Source: Candidatus Saccharimonadota bacterium (GTDB lineage Bacteria; Patescibacteriota; Gracilibacteria; UBA4473). From it: a stretch of DNA of 32,000 nucleotides. The notes beneath the pieces are model-generated. The model was not told the origin of the DNA. It saw only the letters and a program-made list of their open reading frames with translations, and did no database searches. The translations under genes and the position numbers were made by a program. The stretch is taken from NCBI GenBank assembly GCA_963677105.1, contig OY781871.1, positions 840,001 to 872,000 on the forward strand. Reading direction: 5' to 3'. Positions 24,327 to 32,000 of this stretch are shown here, one piece after another. Every line of letters begins with the position of its first letter. Positions within the stretch are counted from its first letter, which is position 1.

Positions 24327-25154
24327 CTAAAAACTAATATCCTTTGCATGTTTGTTTATTGGAAGTTTTTTTGCTACTTCCCATGCCATTTTAAATAAAG
24401 AAAAGTGATCATCTCTCATGCTACTATGTTCGATAATAATTCCAGAAGGGAACTCTTCTTTTGATTGTGAAGAGAATGCTATCTTTTTGTCATAAATATG
24501 AAAGGCTGTTTTAAAAGGAAATAAATCTTCTGGTACAAGTAAAGACACTCGATGAACTTTTTCATTATTTTCCAGATATTTCATATTGCTTTCGCTTTCA
24601 TTAAATATAAAAAAGGATTTGTTCCCAATTCTTTCTCGTTCTGGAATATAAACTTCATTCAAAAATTTAACGAATTCAGGATGCGTCTCATTGTAGTCTA
24701 GGCGCGCATATCCATAGAGATCACATTTAGTTTTCCGACTTGTTTTCAGTACGTCTTCATACATTTCAATAAGTCCATCTACTCCCTCAAAAAACCGAAA
24801 ACTTGGAACATCGACGTGACTCTTTTTTAATTTTTTTAAATCTCCCATTACATCTAAAACAGCATTTTCTTTTTCTTCTATTTCGCTTTGTTCATTTTTG
24901 AGAAGTAATAGTATTTTTTCGGGATCTTCCGCGGTAAAATAAAAACTATCATCTCGATTTTCCTGGAAAGCGAATCGTTTTTTACATAAGTTTTCGAGTG
25001 TATATCGTGCAGTTGATCGATTTAATTCGAGTCGATTTGCTACAGATGAAGTGGAGGAGTTCCCTGATTTTAATAAATCCAGATAAACAGATATTTCGGT
25101 TTCACTTAATCCGAGGAGAGCAAGTGTCTTTTTGATTTTGGCTAATAAACTCAT
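24327..25154 (-). CDS. TrmB-family (winged-helix) transcriptional regulator
   Basis: The N-terminus LGLSETEISVYLDLLKSGNSSTSSVANRLELNRSTARYTLENLCKKRFA matches the TrmB wHTH pattern. A roughly 190-aa C-terminal domain follows. Confidence 0.7.
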   Translation of the reverse strand: MSLLAKIKKTLALLGLSETEISVYLDLLKSGNSSTSSVANRLELNRSTARYTLENLCKKRFAFQENRDDSFYFTAEDPEKILLLLKNEQSEIEEKENAVLDVMGDLKKLKKSHVDVPSFRFFEGVDGLIEMYEDVLKTSRKTKCDLYGYARLDYNETHPEFVKFLNEVYIPERERIGNKSFFIFNESESNMKYLENNEKVHRVSLLVPEDLFPFKTAFHIYDKKIAFSSQSKEEFPSGIIIEHSSMRDDHFSLFKMAWEVAKKLPINKHAKDISF

Positions 25155-25175
25155 TTGTAAAAAATTGAGAAAAGA

Positions 25176-25208
25176 ATCACAAAAAGAATAGGATTTTATT
25201 TCTGTGAT
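25176..25208. promoter_or_regulatory. imperfect palindrome, candidate operator in the regulator/lspA divergent spacer
   Basis: ATCACAaAAAgAA-TAGGATT-TTaTTTcTGTGAT has 13-nt arms with 11/13 complementary. It lies 22 nt upstream of the TrmB-like start codon. Confidence 0.3.
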
Positions 25209-25338
25209 GGCAAATGTATATTACCACTTTTTTTATCAATCTATGTCTGTCTTAATTGCATGTTTTTTGTATAAGTGTTTAATCAAAATGGACAGAGTTG
25301 GATTTGATTTTTTTCATTCTTTCTTCAGACTTCACTTG

Positions 25339-25782
25339 ATGAAACTTTGGATTTTGGCGCCTGTTTTTATAGCGATTGATCAAATCACGAAGTTTTTGGC
25401 ACGAGCCCTTTTAATAGAGAAAGCGTTTCCGATTTTCAGTGACGTACGATTGCAATTAGCTTTTAATAAAGGATTTGCGTTTAGTTTGCCGGCACCACAG
25501 TTAATTCTAATTGCACTGGCACTTGGTGTTTCGGGATTTCTTATTTATTGGTCAACGAAAGAAAATAGAACCTTGTGCGAAAAATGGGTTTCGGTCTTTA
25601 TTGTTTCTGGTGCGATTGGAAACGTAATTGATCGGATTATTTTTCATGAAGTTACAGATTTTCTAGCATTTTGGAGTTTCCCAATTTTCAATGTTGCAGA
25701 TGTACTTGTTTCTGTAGGAGTTGGATTGCTTTTACTGCAAGAAATAAAGTCTATGAAGAAATTAAATATATCTCATGGTTGA
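25339..25782 (+). CDS. lspA: lipoprotein signal peptidase (signal peptidase II)
   Basis: IDQITK, LAFNKGFAFSL, GAIGNVIDRI, VTDFLAF and IFNVADVLVSVG motifs. Start is ATG 25339 (147 aa). The in-frame ATG 25288 is an alternative. Confidence 0.88.
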   Translation: MKLWILAPVFIAIDQITKFLARALLIEKAFPIFSDVRLQLAFNKGFAFSLPAPQLILIALALGVSGFLIYWSTKENRTLCEKWVSVFIVSGAIGNVIDRIIFHEVTDFLAFWSFPIFNVADVLVSVGVGLLLLQEIKSMKKLNISHG

Positions 25783-26110
25783 AAAGAAAACGCAGTATTC
25801 AGTGACAAGAGAAGATCTTGATTCATTTTTGAAAAGCAAGGATTGTCCAGCGGAAGTGAAAGAGAAGTTAAGAATTGCGAATAGTTTTGAAACAGCGCTT
25901 GGTTTCATAAAAGATATGGGAACAAAGGTTGGTATGAATACGCTGTCTCCAGAACTTCGTTTTTATGAAGACGGAACGGTGAGTATTGTCGATTGTACGG
26001 ATCCGGAATTACAACAAATTTTTGAAAAAGCTTTTCAAGCGTATTTAATTTATGAAGGTAAATTTAAAACAAAACTTTTGAAGATTGTGGATAAAGTTTT
26101 ATTGGGATGA
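25775..26110 (+). CDS. hypothetical small protein
   Basis: 111-aa ORF overlapping the end of lspA by 8 nt and followed by a terminator hairpin. No family recognised. Confidence 0.55.
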   Translation: MVEKKTQYSVTREDLDSFLKSKDCPAEVKEKLRIANSFETALGFIKDMGTKVGMNTLSPELRFYEDGTVSIVDCTDPELQQIFEKAFQAYLIYEGKFKTKLLKIVDKVLLG

Positions 26111-26114
26111 AAAA

Positions 26115-26134
26115 AATCTCGCTGAAGCGAGATT
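26115..26134. terminator. bidirectional terminator hairpin (AATCTCGC-TGAA-GCGAGATT)
   Basis: The A7 run upstream on the + strand is a T-run for rpsT on the - strand. The stem is identical to the one at 12826-12853. Confidence 0.65.
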
Positions 26135-26160
26135 CTTATATTTTGAATTATAAGCTGTAA

Positions 26161-26493
26161 TTATTCAGCTTTCTTAGCAGTTGGTTTTTTTGCTGGAGCT
26201 TTTTTCTCTTCAGTACTTGCTTTTGGTGCTGCTTTTGTTTTGGGCAACATTTTTGCGTATTGTGATTTGATTCGTGATCCTTTATTTGCGTGCCAAAGAT
26301 TATTTTTTACCGCAAGATCAATTCGTTTTTGAACCATTGGAAGTAATTTTTTCGCTTCATCAAATTTTTTCTCTTCAATAAGAGTAATGAAGTTTTTCAT
26401 TTCAGTTTTTAAGAAACGTTTACGAATAACGTTTCGTGCAGTACGACGCTCTGTTTGTCGAACTCTTTTGATAGCGGATTTGATAATTGGCAT
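26161..26493 (-). CDS. rpsT: 30S ribosomal protein S20, with Lys/Ala/Pro-rich C-terminal extension
   Basis: MPIIKSAIKRVRQTERRTARN... is the canonical S20 N-terminus. The extra tail is KTKAAPKASTEEKKAPAKKPTAKKAE. Confidence 0.92.
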   Translation of the reverse strand: MPIIKSAIKRVRQTERRTARNVIRKRFLKTEMKNFITLIEEKKFDEAKKLLPMVQKRIDLAVKNNLWHANKGSRIKSQYAKMLPKTKAAPKASTEEKKAPAKKPTAKKAE

Positions 26494-26569
26494 ATACCTC
26501 TAAACAGTAAAGAATGTTGTTTTCGCGCGAAATATATTGATTTTTGTCGCGCTGTCAACTTTATGCAAG

Positions 26570-26646
26570 TGGTGAGCGATACAGGATTTGAACCTGTGAC
26601 TTCCTGCAAGTCAAGCAGGCGCTCTAGCCAACTGAGCTAATCGCTC
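26570..26646 (-). tRNA. tRNA-Val (anticodon GAC), CCA encoded
   Basis: Hand-folded cloverleaf from the reverse complement: GAGCGAT TA GCTC AGTTGGCTA GAGC G CCTGC TTGACTT GCAGG AAGTC ACAGG TTCAAAT CCTGT ATCGCTC A CCA. All four stems are fully paired. Length 77 nt. Confidence 0.9.
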
Positions 26647-26714
26647 GCTAAAAGTCAATTGCGGACGGAATTCTGGCGACTTTATTACTGACTGTCAAAA
26701 TTTTTTTGAAAAAG

Positions 26715-26742
26715 TTGACCAAATGGCAATAAACGATACACT
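26715..26742 (+). promoter_or_regulatory. putative rpsO promoter (TTGACC-N16-TACACT)
   Basis: Sigma70-like boxes ending 24 nt upstream of the rpsO ATG. Sequence match only. Confidence 0.35.
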
Positions 26743-26765
26743 TCCGACGAATTAATTTTAATACA

Positions 26766-27029
26766 ATGAAGAAAGACGAAAAGAAAAGCGTCATGCAGAA
26801 ATTTCAGACGCACGCGAAAGACACTGGATCTTCGCAAGTACAGATTGCAATTCTGACAGAAAAAATTGCAGCACTTACAGAGCACCTTCGGGAGCACAAA
26901 AAAGACAAACACTCACGACGAGGACTCCTCGGAATGGTTGGAAAACGTCGTCGATTGTTGAAATATTTGCAAATGAGCAATCAGTCTCAATATGCCGATG
27001 TTGTGAAACAACTCGGTCTTCGAAAATAA
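26766..27029 (+). CDS. rpsO: 30S ribosomal protein S15
   Basis: [56 protein letters not shown] is the canonical S15 sequence. Confidence 0.93.
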   Translation: MKKDEKKSVMQKFQTHAKDTGSSQVQIAILTEKIAALTEHLREHKKDKHSRRGLLGMVGKRRRLLKYLQMSNQSQYADVVKQLGLRK

Positions 27030-27034
27030 ATTTT

Positions 27035-27066
27035 AACCCCGTTTTGCGGGGTTTTTTCTTTTTCTC
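27035..27066 (+). terminator. rho-independent terminator/attenuator between rpsO and pnp
   Basis: AACCCCG-TTTTG-CGGGGTT forms a 7-bp stem followed by TTTTCTTTTT. A second small hairpin, TCACAG-N12-CTGTGA, lies at 27065-27088 in the pnp leader. Confidence 0.7.
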
Positions 27067-27112
27067 ACAGTGAAACTTTTTTCTGTGAATAATTTTGTAA
27101 ATATTCAATAAA

Positions 27113-29239
27113 ATGGCAACATTTAAATCACAAACGGTTCAGCTCGATGGTGTAGATTTCACGTTCGAAACTGGAAAACTCGCAAATTTAGCAGATGGTT
27201 CTGCGGTTGTTAAGTACGGAAATACAGTACTTTTGGCTACAGCAGGAATGGCAGGAAGTGCTCGTCAGGGAATAGATTTTTTCCCATTGATGTGTGACTA
27301 CGATCCGAAATACTATTCAACAGGAAAAATTAAAGGTTCACGATTTATGAAACGTGAAGGTCGACCACCAGAGAGCGCAATTTTAGTTGCACGAATGATT
27401 GATCGTCCACTTCGTCCAATGTTTCCAAAAGGAATGATGAACGATGTACAACTGATCGTAACATTATTACAAGCAGATGGAACTCGTTCAGATGCAGCAA
27501 CAGCAATTACAGCAGCATCAATGGCCTTGCAACTGTCAGGAATCCCAATTGAAGCTCCCGTTTCTGCGGTTCGAGTGGGAATGAAGGAAGATGGAGAATT
27601 TTTCATAAATCCTACATATGATGAGGTAGAAAAAGGATATCTAGACTTAGTTATCGCGGGAACAGAAGACGCAATTATGATGGTAGAGGCAGGAGCTCGA
27701 TTAATTTCAAATGAAAAGATGATTGCAGCGTTTGAGTTTGCTCACGAGCGAATCAAAAAACTTTGTGCAGCACAAAGAGAACTCGCTTCTCAGGTTGAAA
27801 TTGAGCCAAAAATTCCACAAATTCGTGAAATAAATGAAACAGCAGAAAAACTCGTAAACAATGCGTTGTCAGATTCTGATTGGGCAACAATTGGTGGAGT
27901 TGGAAAAAAAGCATTAAAGAAGACACTTCACGCACTTGAAGAAAAATTATTCGAAACATGTGCAGATGCGATTGAAAATGAAGAAGTTACAAAAGGAGAT
28001 TTGATGGAGTTCTTTAATAAAGGATTGAAAAAATATATTCGAAAGCAAATTATGTCTACAGGAAAACGTCTCGATGGACGAGGATTTACGGACATTCGTT
28101 CTCTTTCGTCTGAAGTTGGAGTTTTACCAAGAACACACGGAACAGGATTATTTCAACGAGGAGATACTCAGGCGTTATCAGTTTTAACAGTTGGTTCAAC
28201 AGGAGACGCACAATTGCTTGATGATCCAGATCGTCCAGAATTTAATAAATATTATTTCCATCACTACAACTTCCCACCATATTCAGTGGGAGAAGTAAAA
28301 CCGCTTCGTGGGACAAATCGTCGTGAAATTGGTCATGGAACATTAGCAGAAAGAGCACTTCAATATGTAATGCCAACAAAAGAAGCAGATAATTTTCCAT
28401 ATACAATTCGAGTTGTTTCAGAGATAATGGCTTGTAATGGATCAAGTTCAATGGCATCTGTTTGTGGATCAACATTAGCGCTTATGGATGGAGGAATTCC
28501 AATTAAGTCTGCGATTTCAGGAATTGCAATGGGACTTGTGATGGATGAAGAAACAGGGAAATACAACATTCTTTCTGATATTCAGGCTCAAGAAGATTTT
28601 TGTGGAGACATGGATTTGAAAGTTTGTGGAGACGAAAATGGATTGACGGCCTTGCAGATGGATATCAAATTGAAAGGACTTTCTATGGATCTTTTGAAAG
28701 AAGCTTTGACTCAAGCTCAAGCGGGACGAACTGAGATTTTGAAAACAATGAAATCTGCAATTCCTGCACCACGAGAAGAGATGAATGAGTTTGCTCCACG
28801 AATTACATCGTTTCACATAAATCCAGATTATATCAGAATAATTATTGGAAAAGGAGGAGAAACGATTCAAGGATTGTGTGCAGAATACGATGTAACAATT
28901 GATTTAGAAGATGATGGATTAGTGATGGTTGCTTCTTCAAATGGAGAAAATGCTGCGAAAGCTGTTGAAGCTATTAAATCACTTGCGTACGAGCCAGAAG
29001 TTGGAGACATCTTCAAAGATGCAACAGTGAAATCAATTATGGATTTCGGAGCATTTGTTGAATTTGTTCCTGGAAAAGAAGCGCTCGTTCATGTTTCAGA
29101 AATTGCGAATCGTCGTATTGAGAATGTTACAGATGTACTAAAAGAAGGGGATAAAGTGAACGTGAAATTAACAGGAGTTGATAAAATGGGACGAATTAAA
29201 TTATCAATGAAAGAAGTAGAACAAGATCGAGAAATCTAA
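27113..29239 (+). CDS. pnp: polyribonucleotide nucleotidyltransferase (PNPase)
   Basis: 708 aa with two RNase PH domains (FETGKLA, RPLRPMFP, GRR(E)IGHG), a KH domain (IGKGGETI) and an S1 domain (GDIF...GAFVEF..GKEALVHVSE). Confidence 0.95.
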   Translation: MATFKSQTVQLDGVDFTFETGKLANLADGSAVVKYGNTVLLATAGMAGSARQGIDFFPLMCDYDPKYYSTGKIKGSRFMKREGRPPESAILVARMIDRPLRPMFPKGMMNDVQLIVTLLQADGTRSDAATAITAASMALQLSGIPIEAPVSAVRVGMKEDGEFFINPTYDEVEKGYLDLVIAGTEDAIMMVEAGARLISNEKMIAAFEFAHERIKKLCAAQRELASQVEIEPKIPQIREINETAEKLVNNALSDSDWATIGGVGKKALKKTLHALEEKLFETCADAIENEEVTKGDLMEFFNKGLKKYIRKQIMSTGKRLDGRGFTDIRSLSSEVGVLPRTHGTGLFQRGDTQALSVLTVGSTGDAQLLDDPDRPEFNKYYFHHYNFPPYSVGEVKPLRGTNRREIGHGTLAERALQYVMPTKEADNFPYTIRVVSEIMACNGSSSMASVCGSTLALMDGGIPIKSAISGIAMGLVMDEETGKYNILSDIQAQEDFCGDMDLKVCGDENGLTALQMDIKLKGLSMDLLKEALTQAQAGRTEILKTMKSAIPAPREEMNEFAPRITSFHINPDYIRIIIGKGGETIQGLCAEYDVTIDLEDDGLVMVASSNGENAAKAVEAIKSLAYEPEVGDIFKDATVKSIMDFGAFVEFVPGKEALVHVSEIANRRIENVTDVLKEGDKVNVKLTGVDKMGRIKLSMKEVEQDREI

Positions 29240-29260
29240 TTCGGTTTTTTATAAAAAACA

Positions 29261-29293
29261 AAAGCTCCTGCTCATTGAGTGGGAGCTTTTTTT
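29261..29293 (+). terminator. rho-independent terminator after pnp
   Basis: AAAGCTCC...GGAGCTTT stem with an inner CTC-ATT-GAG pairing, followed by a T-run. Confidence 0.7.
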
Positions 29294-29309
29294 GACGAGA
29301 AAATCACAC

Positions 29310-29338
29310 TTGAAAAAAAGATACATATAAGGTATAAT
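29310..29338 (+). promoter_or_regulatory. putative promoter of the giant ORF (TTGAAA-N17-TATAAT)
   Basis: Consensus -10 box, near-consensus -35 box and optimal 17-nt spacing. It ends 22 nt upstream of ATG 29361. Confidence 0.5.
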
Positions 29339-29360
29339 AACAGGATTTTTAGCCAAAATC

Positions 29361-32000
29361 ATGAAAAATTTATACCAGTATTCGGCAAAAGAGAATCTTG
29401 CGAAATTTATTTTCATGGGAGGACAGACTTTCCGGGAGGATAGACCAAACGAACGAGATGATGTTCAAGATGGGAAAGCGAAAATGGAAGAACTTGTTTT
29501 AGCTGAAATTCAAGATGACTTGACCGAATTAAAGGGAAGCGTTCTTGATCGATATGCGGTTTACGATGCAGTTAGAACGGGGGGTGATAGAGAAGTGTAT
29601 AAACAAAGGGATGGAACTTTTATTTTAGAAGATCCCGATAATGATGAGAAAATTATTTTCAAACAAGGGGAAGAATTGAAAATAAAAGATGGGAAAAGGA
29701 ATCGTTCATTAAAAATTGATCTTAAAAACGATATAGTTAAGGAAAATGTTGGGTTTGAATTAGAACAGAAAGAAGATATAGAACAAGAAAAAATAGAGTA
29801 TAAAACAGAATCACTGAGAATTTTAGCTCAATATATTACCATTCGAGAAGATGGATACAGTCTTGATTTACATAGAGTAAAAGGAAGTGATACACCGAAA
29901 TTGTATGAAGCACTACGGGCGGTTGCTGACGATGAAAAATTGTCAATAGATGAGAGAAAGGATGTGTTACAAAAAATTGTTGATAGATTTCAAAAATATA
30001 CGGGAGATGAAGATAATAAAGAATTGTCAGATTTAGTAGCGGAGGCTCAAAAACATCTTAATACACTCAATGGAGTAGAAAAACCAGAAGAAAAGAAACC
30101 TGAAGCGACTTCAAAACAAGAAACAGTTGTGGCTGCAACCACTTCTGTTCCAGAAAAAAAAGAAACTGAGGCTGAAAAACAGGCTCGATTAGAACAAGAT
30201 AAGAAAGTCTTAGAAGACAAAGAGGCAGAAAGAAAAGCAAATGAGGAGAGAAAAGCCGCTCATGAAAATTTAGACAATGCACGAAAATTATTGGATAGCA
30301 TTGATTTTACTACATTAGATATAACAACTTATCAAGAATTTCAAGGGAAGTTAAATGAAATACATACACCAGTTCTTATTGCTGAGGAAGAAGGGAAAAA
30401 ATTCCCAGAATTAAAAGAAGATGCACTGAAATTAAAAAGTGATTTTGATGAAGCACGAAATAAAGTGGGAATTTATGAAAGGGGTGCAGGAGAACAAGAG
30501 AGAGTAGAAAAGAAATATCAAAAGAAAACGGAGGAGCAATTACAAGCAATGGATACAAAGATTGAGGATGAAGTGAAATTGTTTCAGGCAAAATTAGAAG
30601 AATTAGAGAAAAAACCAGAAAACTTACCAGAATCGCCTTTGTCTTTGGAACCAGCGGATCCTAAAACATTAGAGCAAATTCAGCAAGGAATGATGAGCCA
30701 CAGAACAGAATCTATGAAAACGTTAGAAGAAATAAATTTTCTTCAAGAATGTTCACAAGAATTAGGAGAAAAAATTGCAAAATTTGAAGAAAAAAAATCA
30801 GCCTTTACATTAGGAAATGTTGGACGATTTGTTGGTTCCTCAATTGCGATTTTACCCGGAATGGCCGTTGATCTAACAATGAAAGTTGGAGGTTGGTTTG
30901 GATTAAATCCTCAGAACAAACGAAGTATAGATGTTGCTGAAAAAATGTTCGGCGTAAAAAGTCCTGCTGCAGAATTACGGAAAGAAAAAGAGGCCTTTGA
31001 GATAAGTTTTGCAGAAAAACAACAAGTACTTGCAGGAAAGAAATCAGAATTAGATTCATATGGAAAAACATTGTCAACCAATTCGGAATCACTCAGAGCG
31101 AGTGCTCCAAATGATGTACGAACTTCTGTACGAAATGGTTTGATAGAAGATTTGCCAAAAGGTGCAGATCCAAATGTTGAGCCATGGAAAGGAATGATTG
31201 ATAAGATTACGGGAGAAGTCGAAGGAACAACGATTGCACAAGTTGCATCAGCGGTAGATCAGCTAGATATGAACGTAGATGGTTCTGTTTCAGAATTAAC
31301 AGAAGCAACAGGAGGGTCACTAGGAAGTCTTAATGATTCTTTAGAATATATTAAAACACTTGATATTACATCTGCAACAGCACTAGATATGTCGGTTGGA
31401 TTCTTAACAAAAAATGTAGCAAAAGTATTGGATGTATCAGGAGATTTCCTTGCAAAAATTCCAGTATTAGGTTTGGTTGGAGGAGTTCTTCGTGGAGCTG
31501 GAGGAATGATTGACGGAATTGGTTCAATGATTACCGATCCATGGAGTGTAGTAGAAGGATTAGGTGCACTTGTTGGTATTCCAAATGGATTAAAAGCAGC
31601 AGGAGAAGCATGGAAAGGATTGGGAATGGGGCTTTTTGCGGGAGAAGCATGGAGTGATATGGCAAAAGCATTTAAAGAAGGAGATTTAATGACTGCGTGG
31701 GGAGAAATGTCTGCGGCAGTTGGTGAAGTAGGATTAAATGTTGCGGCTACATTCTTTACTGGAGGAGCTGCTGCAGGAGCTCGTGGAGGAGCTGTTGCAG
31801 GACGAATTGGTAAAATGACATCAGCTATTTCTAAAGTTGCTACAAACATTCCAGGAGCGCGTTTTGCGGCACGTGCAGCTAAATGGACTTCAAAGACACG
31901 TGGAGTTCGTTATATAGGAAAAGCTGGAGATGTTATTCTTACTCCAATGAGATGGGGATTAAAACCATTGAAAGGATTAGGGAAATTTGGTACCAAAATA
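29361..32000 (+). CDS. 5' part (at least 880 codons) of a very large protein: charged/coiled-coil N-terminal ~480 aa, then hydrophobic and Gly/Ala-rich (glycine-zipper-like) segments; runs off the right edge
   Basis: Hand translation from ATG 29361 to 32000 has no stop codon (2640 nt, exactly 880 codons). It is absent from the ORF track only because it is open-ended. The 196-aa antisense ORF at 31259..31849 is its Ala/Pro-rich shadow. Confidence 0.8.
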   Translation, partial: MKNLYQYSAKENLAKFIFMGGQTFREDRPNERDDVQDGKAKMEELVLAEIQDDLTELKGSVLDRYAVYDAVRTGGDREVYKQRDGTFILEDPDNDEKIIFKQGEELKIKDGKRNRSLKIDLKNDIVKENVGFELEQKEDIEQEKIEYKTESLRILAQYITIREDGYSLDLHRVKGSDTPKLYEALRAVADDEKLSIDERKDVLQKIVDRFQKYTGDEDNKELSDLVAEAQKHLNTLNGVEKPEEKKPEATSKQETVVAATTSVPEKKETEAEKQARLEQDKKVLEDKEAERKANEERKAAHENLDNARKLLDSIDFTTLDITTYQEFQGKLNEIHTPVLIAEEEGKKFPELKEDALKLKSDFDEARNKVGIYERGAGEQERVEKKYQKKTEEQLQAMDTKIEDEVKLFQAKLEELEKKPENLPESPLSLEPADPKTLEQIQQGMMSHRTESMKTLEEINFLQECSQELGEKIAKFEEKKSAFTLGNVGRFVGSSIAILPGMAVDLTMKVGGWFGLNPQNKRSIDVAEKMFGVKSPAAELRKEKEAFEISFAEKQQVLAGKKSELDSYGKTLSTNSESLRASAPNDVRTSVRNGLIEDLPKGADPNVEPWKGMIDKITGEVEGTTIAQVASAVDQLDMNVDGSVSELTEATGGSLGSLNDSLEYIKTLDITSATALDMSVGFLTKNVAKVLDVSGDFLAKIPVLGLVGGVLRGAGGMIDGIGSMITDPWSVVEGLGALVGIPNGLKAAGEAWKGLGMGLFAGEAWSDMAKAFKEGDLMTAWGEMSAAVGEVGLNVAATFFTGGAAAGARGGAVAGRIGKMTSAISKVATNIPGARFAARAAKWTSKTRGVRYIGKAGDVILTPMRWGLKPLKGLGKFGTKI

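Noticed and set aside
26409-26640. ORFs 26409..26609 (-) and 26455..26640 (+)
   Set aside because: They overlap the tRNA-Val gene and the rpsT start region, so they are artefacts of translating an RNA gene.
31259-31849. 196-aa - strand ORF (Ala/Pro/Ser-rich)
   Set aside because: It is the antisense shadow of the Gly/Ala-rich part of the giant + strand ORF. It has low-complexity composition and no start context.
1-32000. Possible alternative genetic code (UGA recoding, as in some candidate phyla), suspected because no + strand ORF was listed for 29.3-32 kb
   Set aside because: Long housekeeping genes (gyrB 639 aa, pnp 708 aa, pyrD, purC) are uninterrupted under the standard code, and several genes end at TGA. 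The gap in the track arises because the 29361+ ORF is open at the window edge, not because it contains stops.

Overview
AT-rich, gene-dense bacterial window with short intergenic spacers. Many small secreted or membrane proteins of unknown function sit among recognisable housekeeping genes. The standard code (11) fits, because long housekeeping ORFs are intact. The gene content (type IV pilin paralogs, an SLH protein, patchy nucleotide biosynthesis, a giant ORF) suggests a small-genome, possibly Patescibacteria/CPR-like organism, but this is inference only.

Housekeeping genes called from motifs: lepB, uppP, maf, nth, M23 peptidase, pyrD-pyrK, trmD, purC, gyrB, ybaB/ebfC, mltG, lspA, rpsT, tRNA-Val(GAC), rpsO-pnp.

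The accessory part is about 15.56-20.55 kb:
- A repeat-rich 390-bp spacer.
- Four tandem type IV pilin-like cassettes. Each has its own promoter-like region, and the first three also have their own terminator. The N-terminus and core are conserved and the C-termini are variable or Cys-rich.
- A translationally coupled but catalytic-domain-less polyprenyl-phosphate glycosylphosphotransferase fragment.
- An Avd/23S-IVS-type four-helix-bundle gene enclosed by a perfect 27-bp inverted repeat.

A dispersed intergenic repeat family has at least 12 copies across the window. Each copy has a short GC-rich head followed by tandem (T/A)ACAAAG-type heptamers, and most copies start at or directly after a stop codon.

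The ORF track misses two edge-truncated ORFs. One is a large + strand ORF from 29361 to the window end (at least 880 codons, with coiled-coil and Gly-zipper regions). The other is a probable - strand gene start at 50..1.
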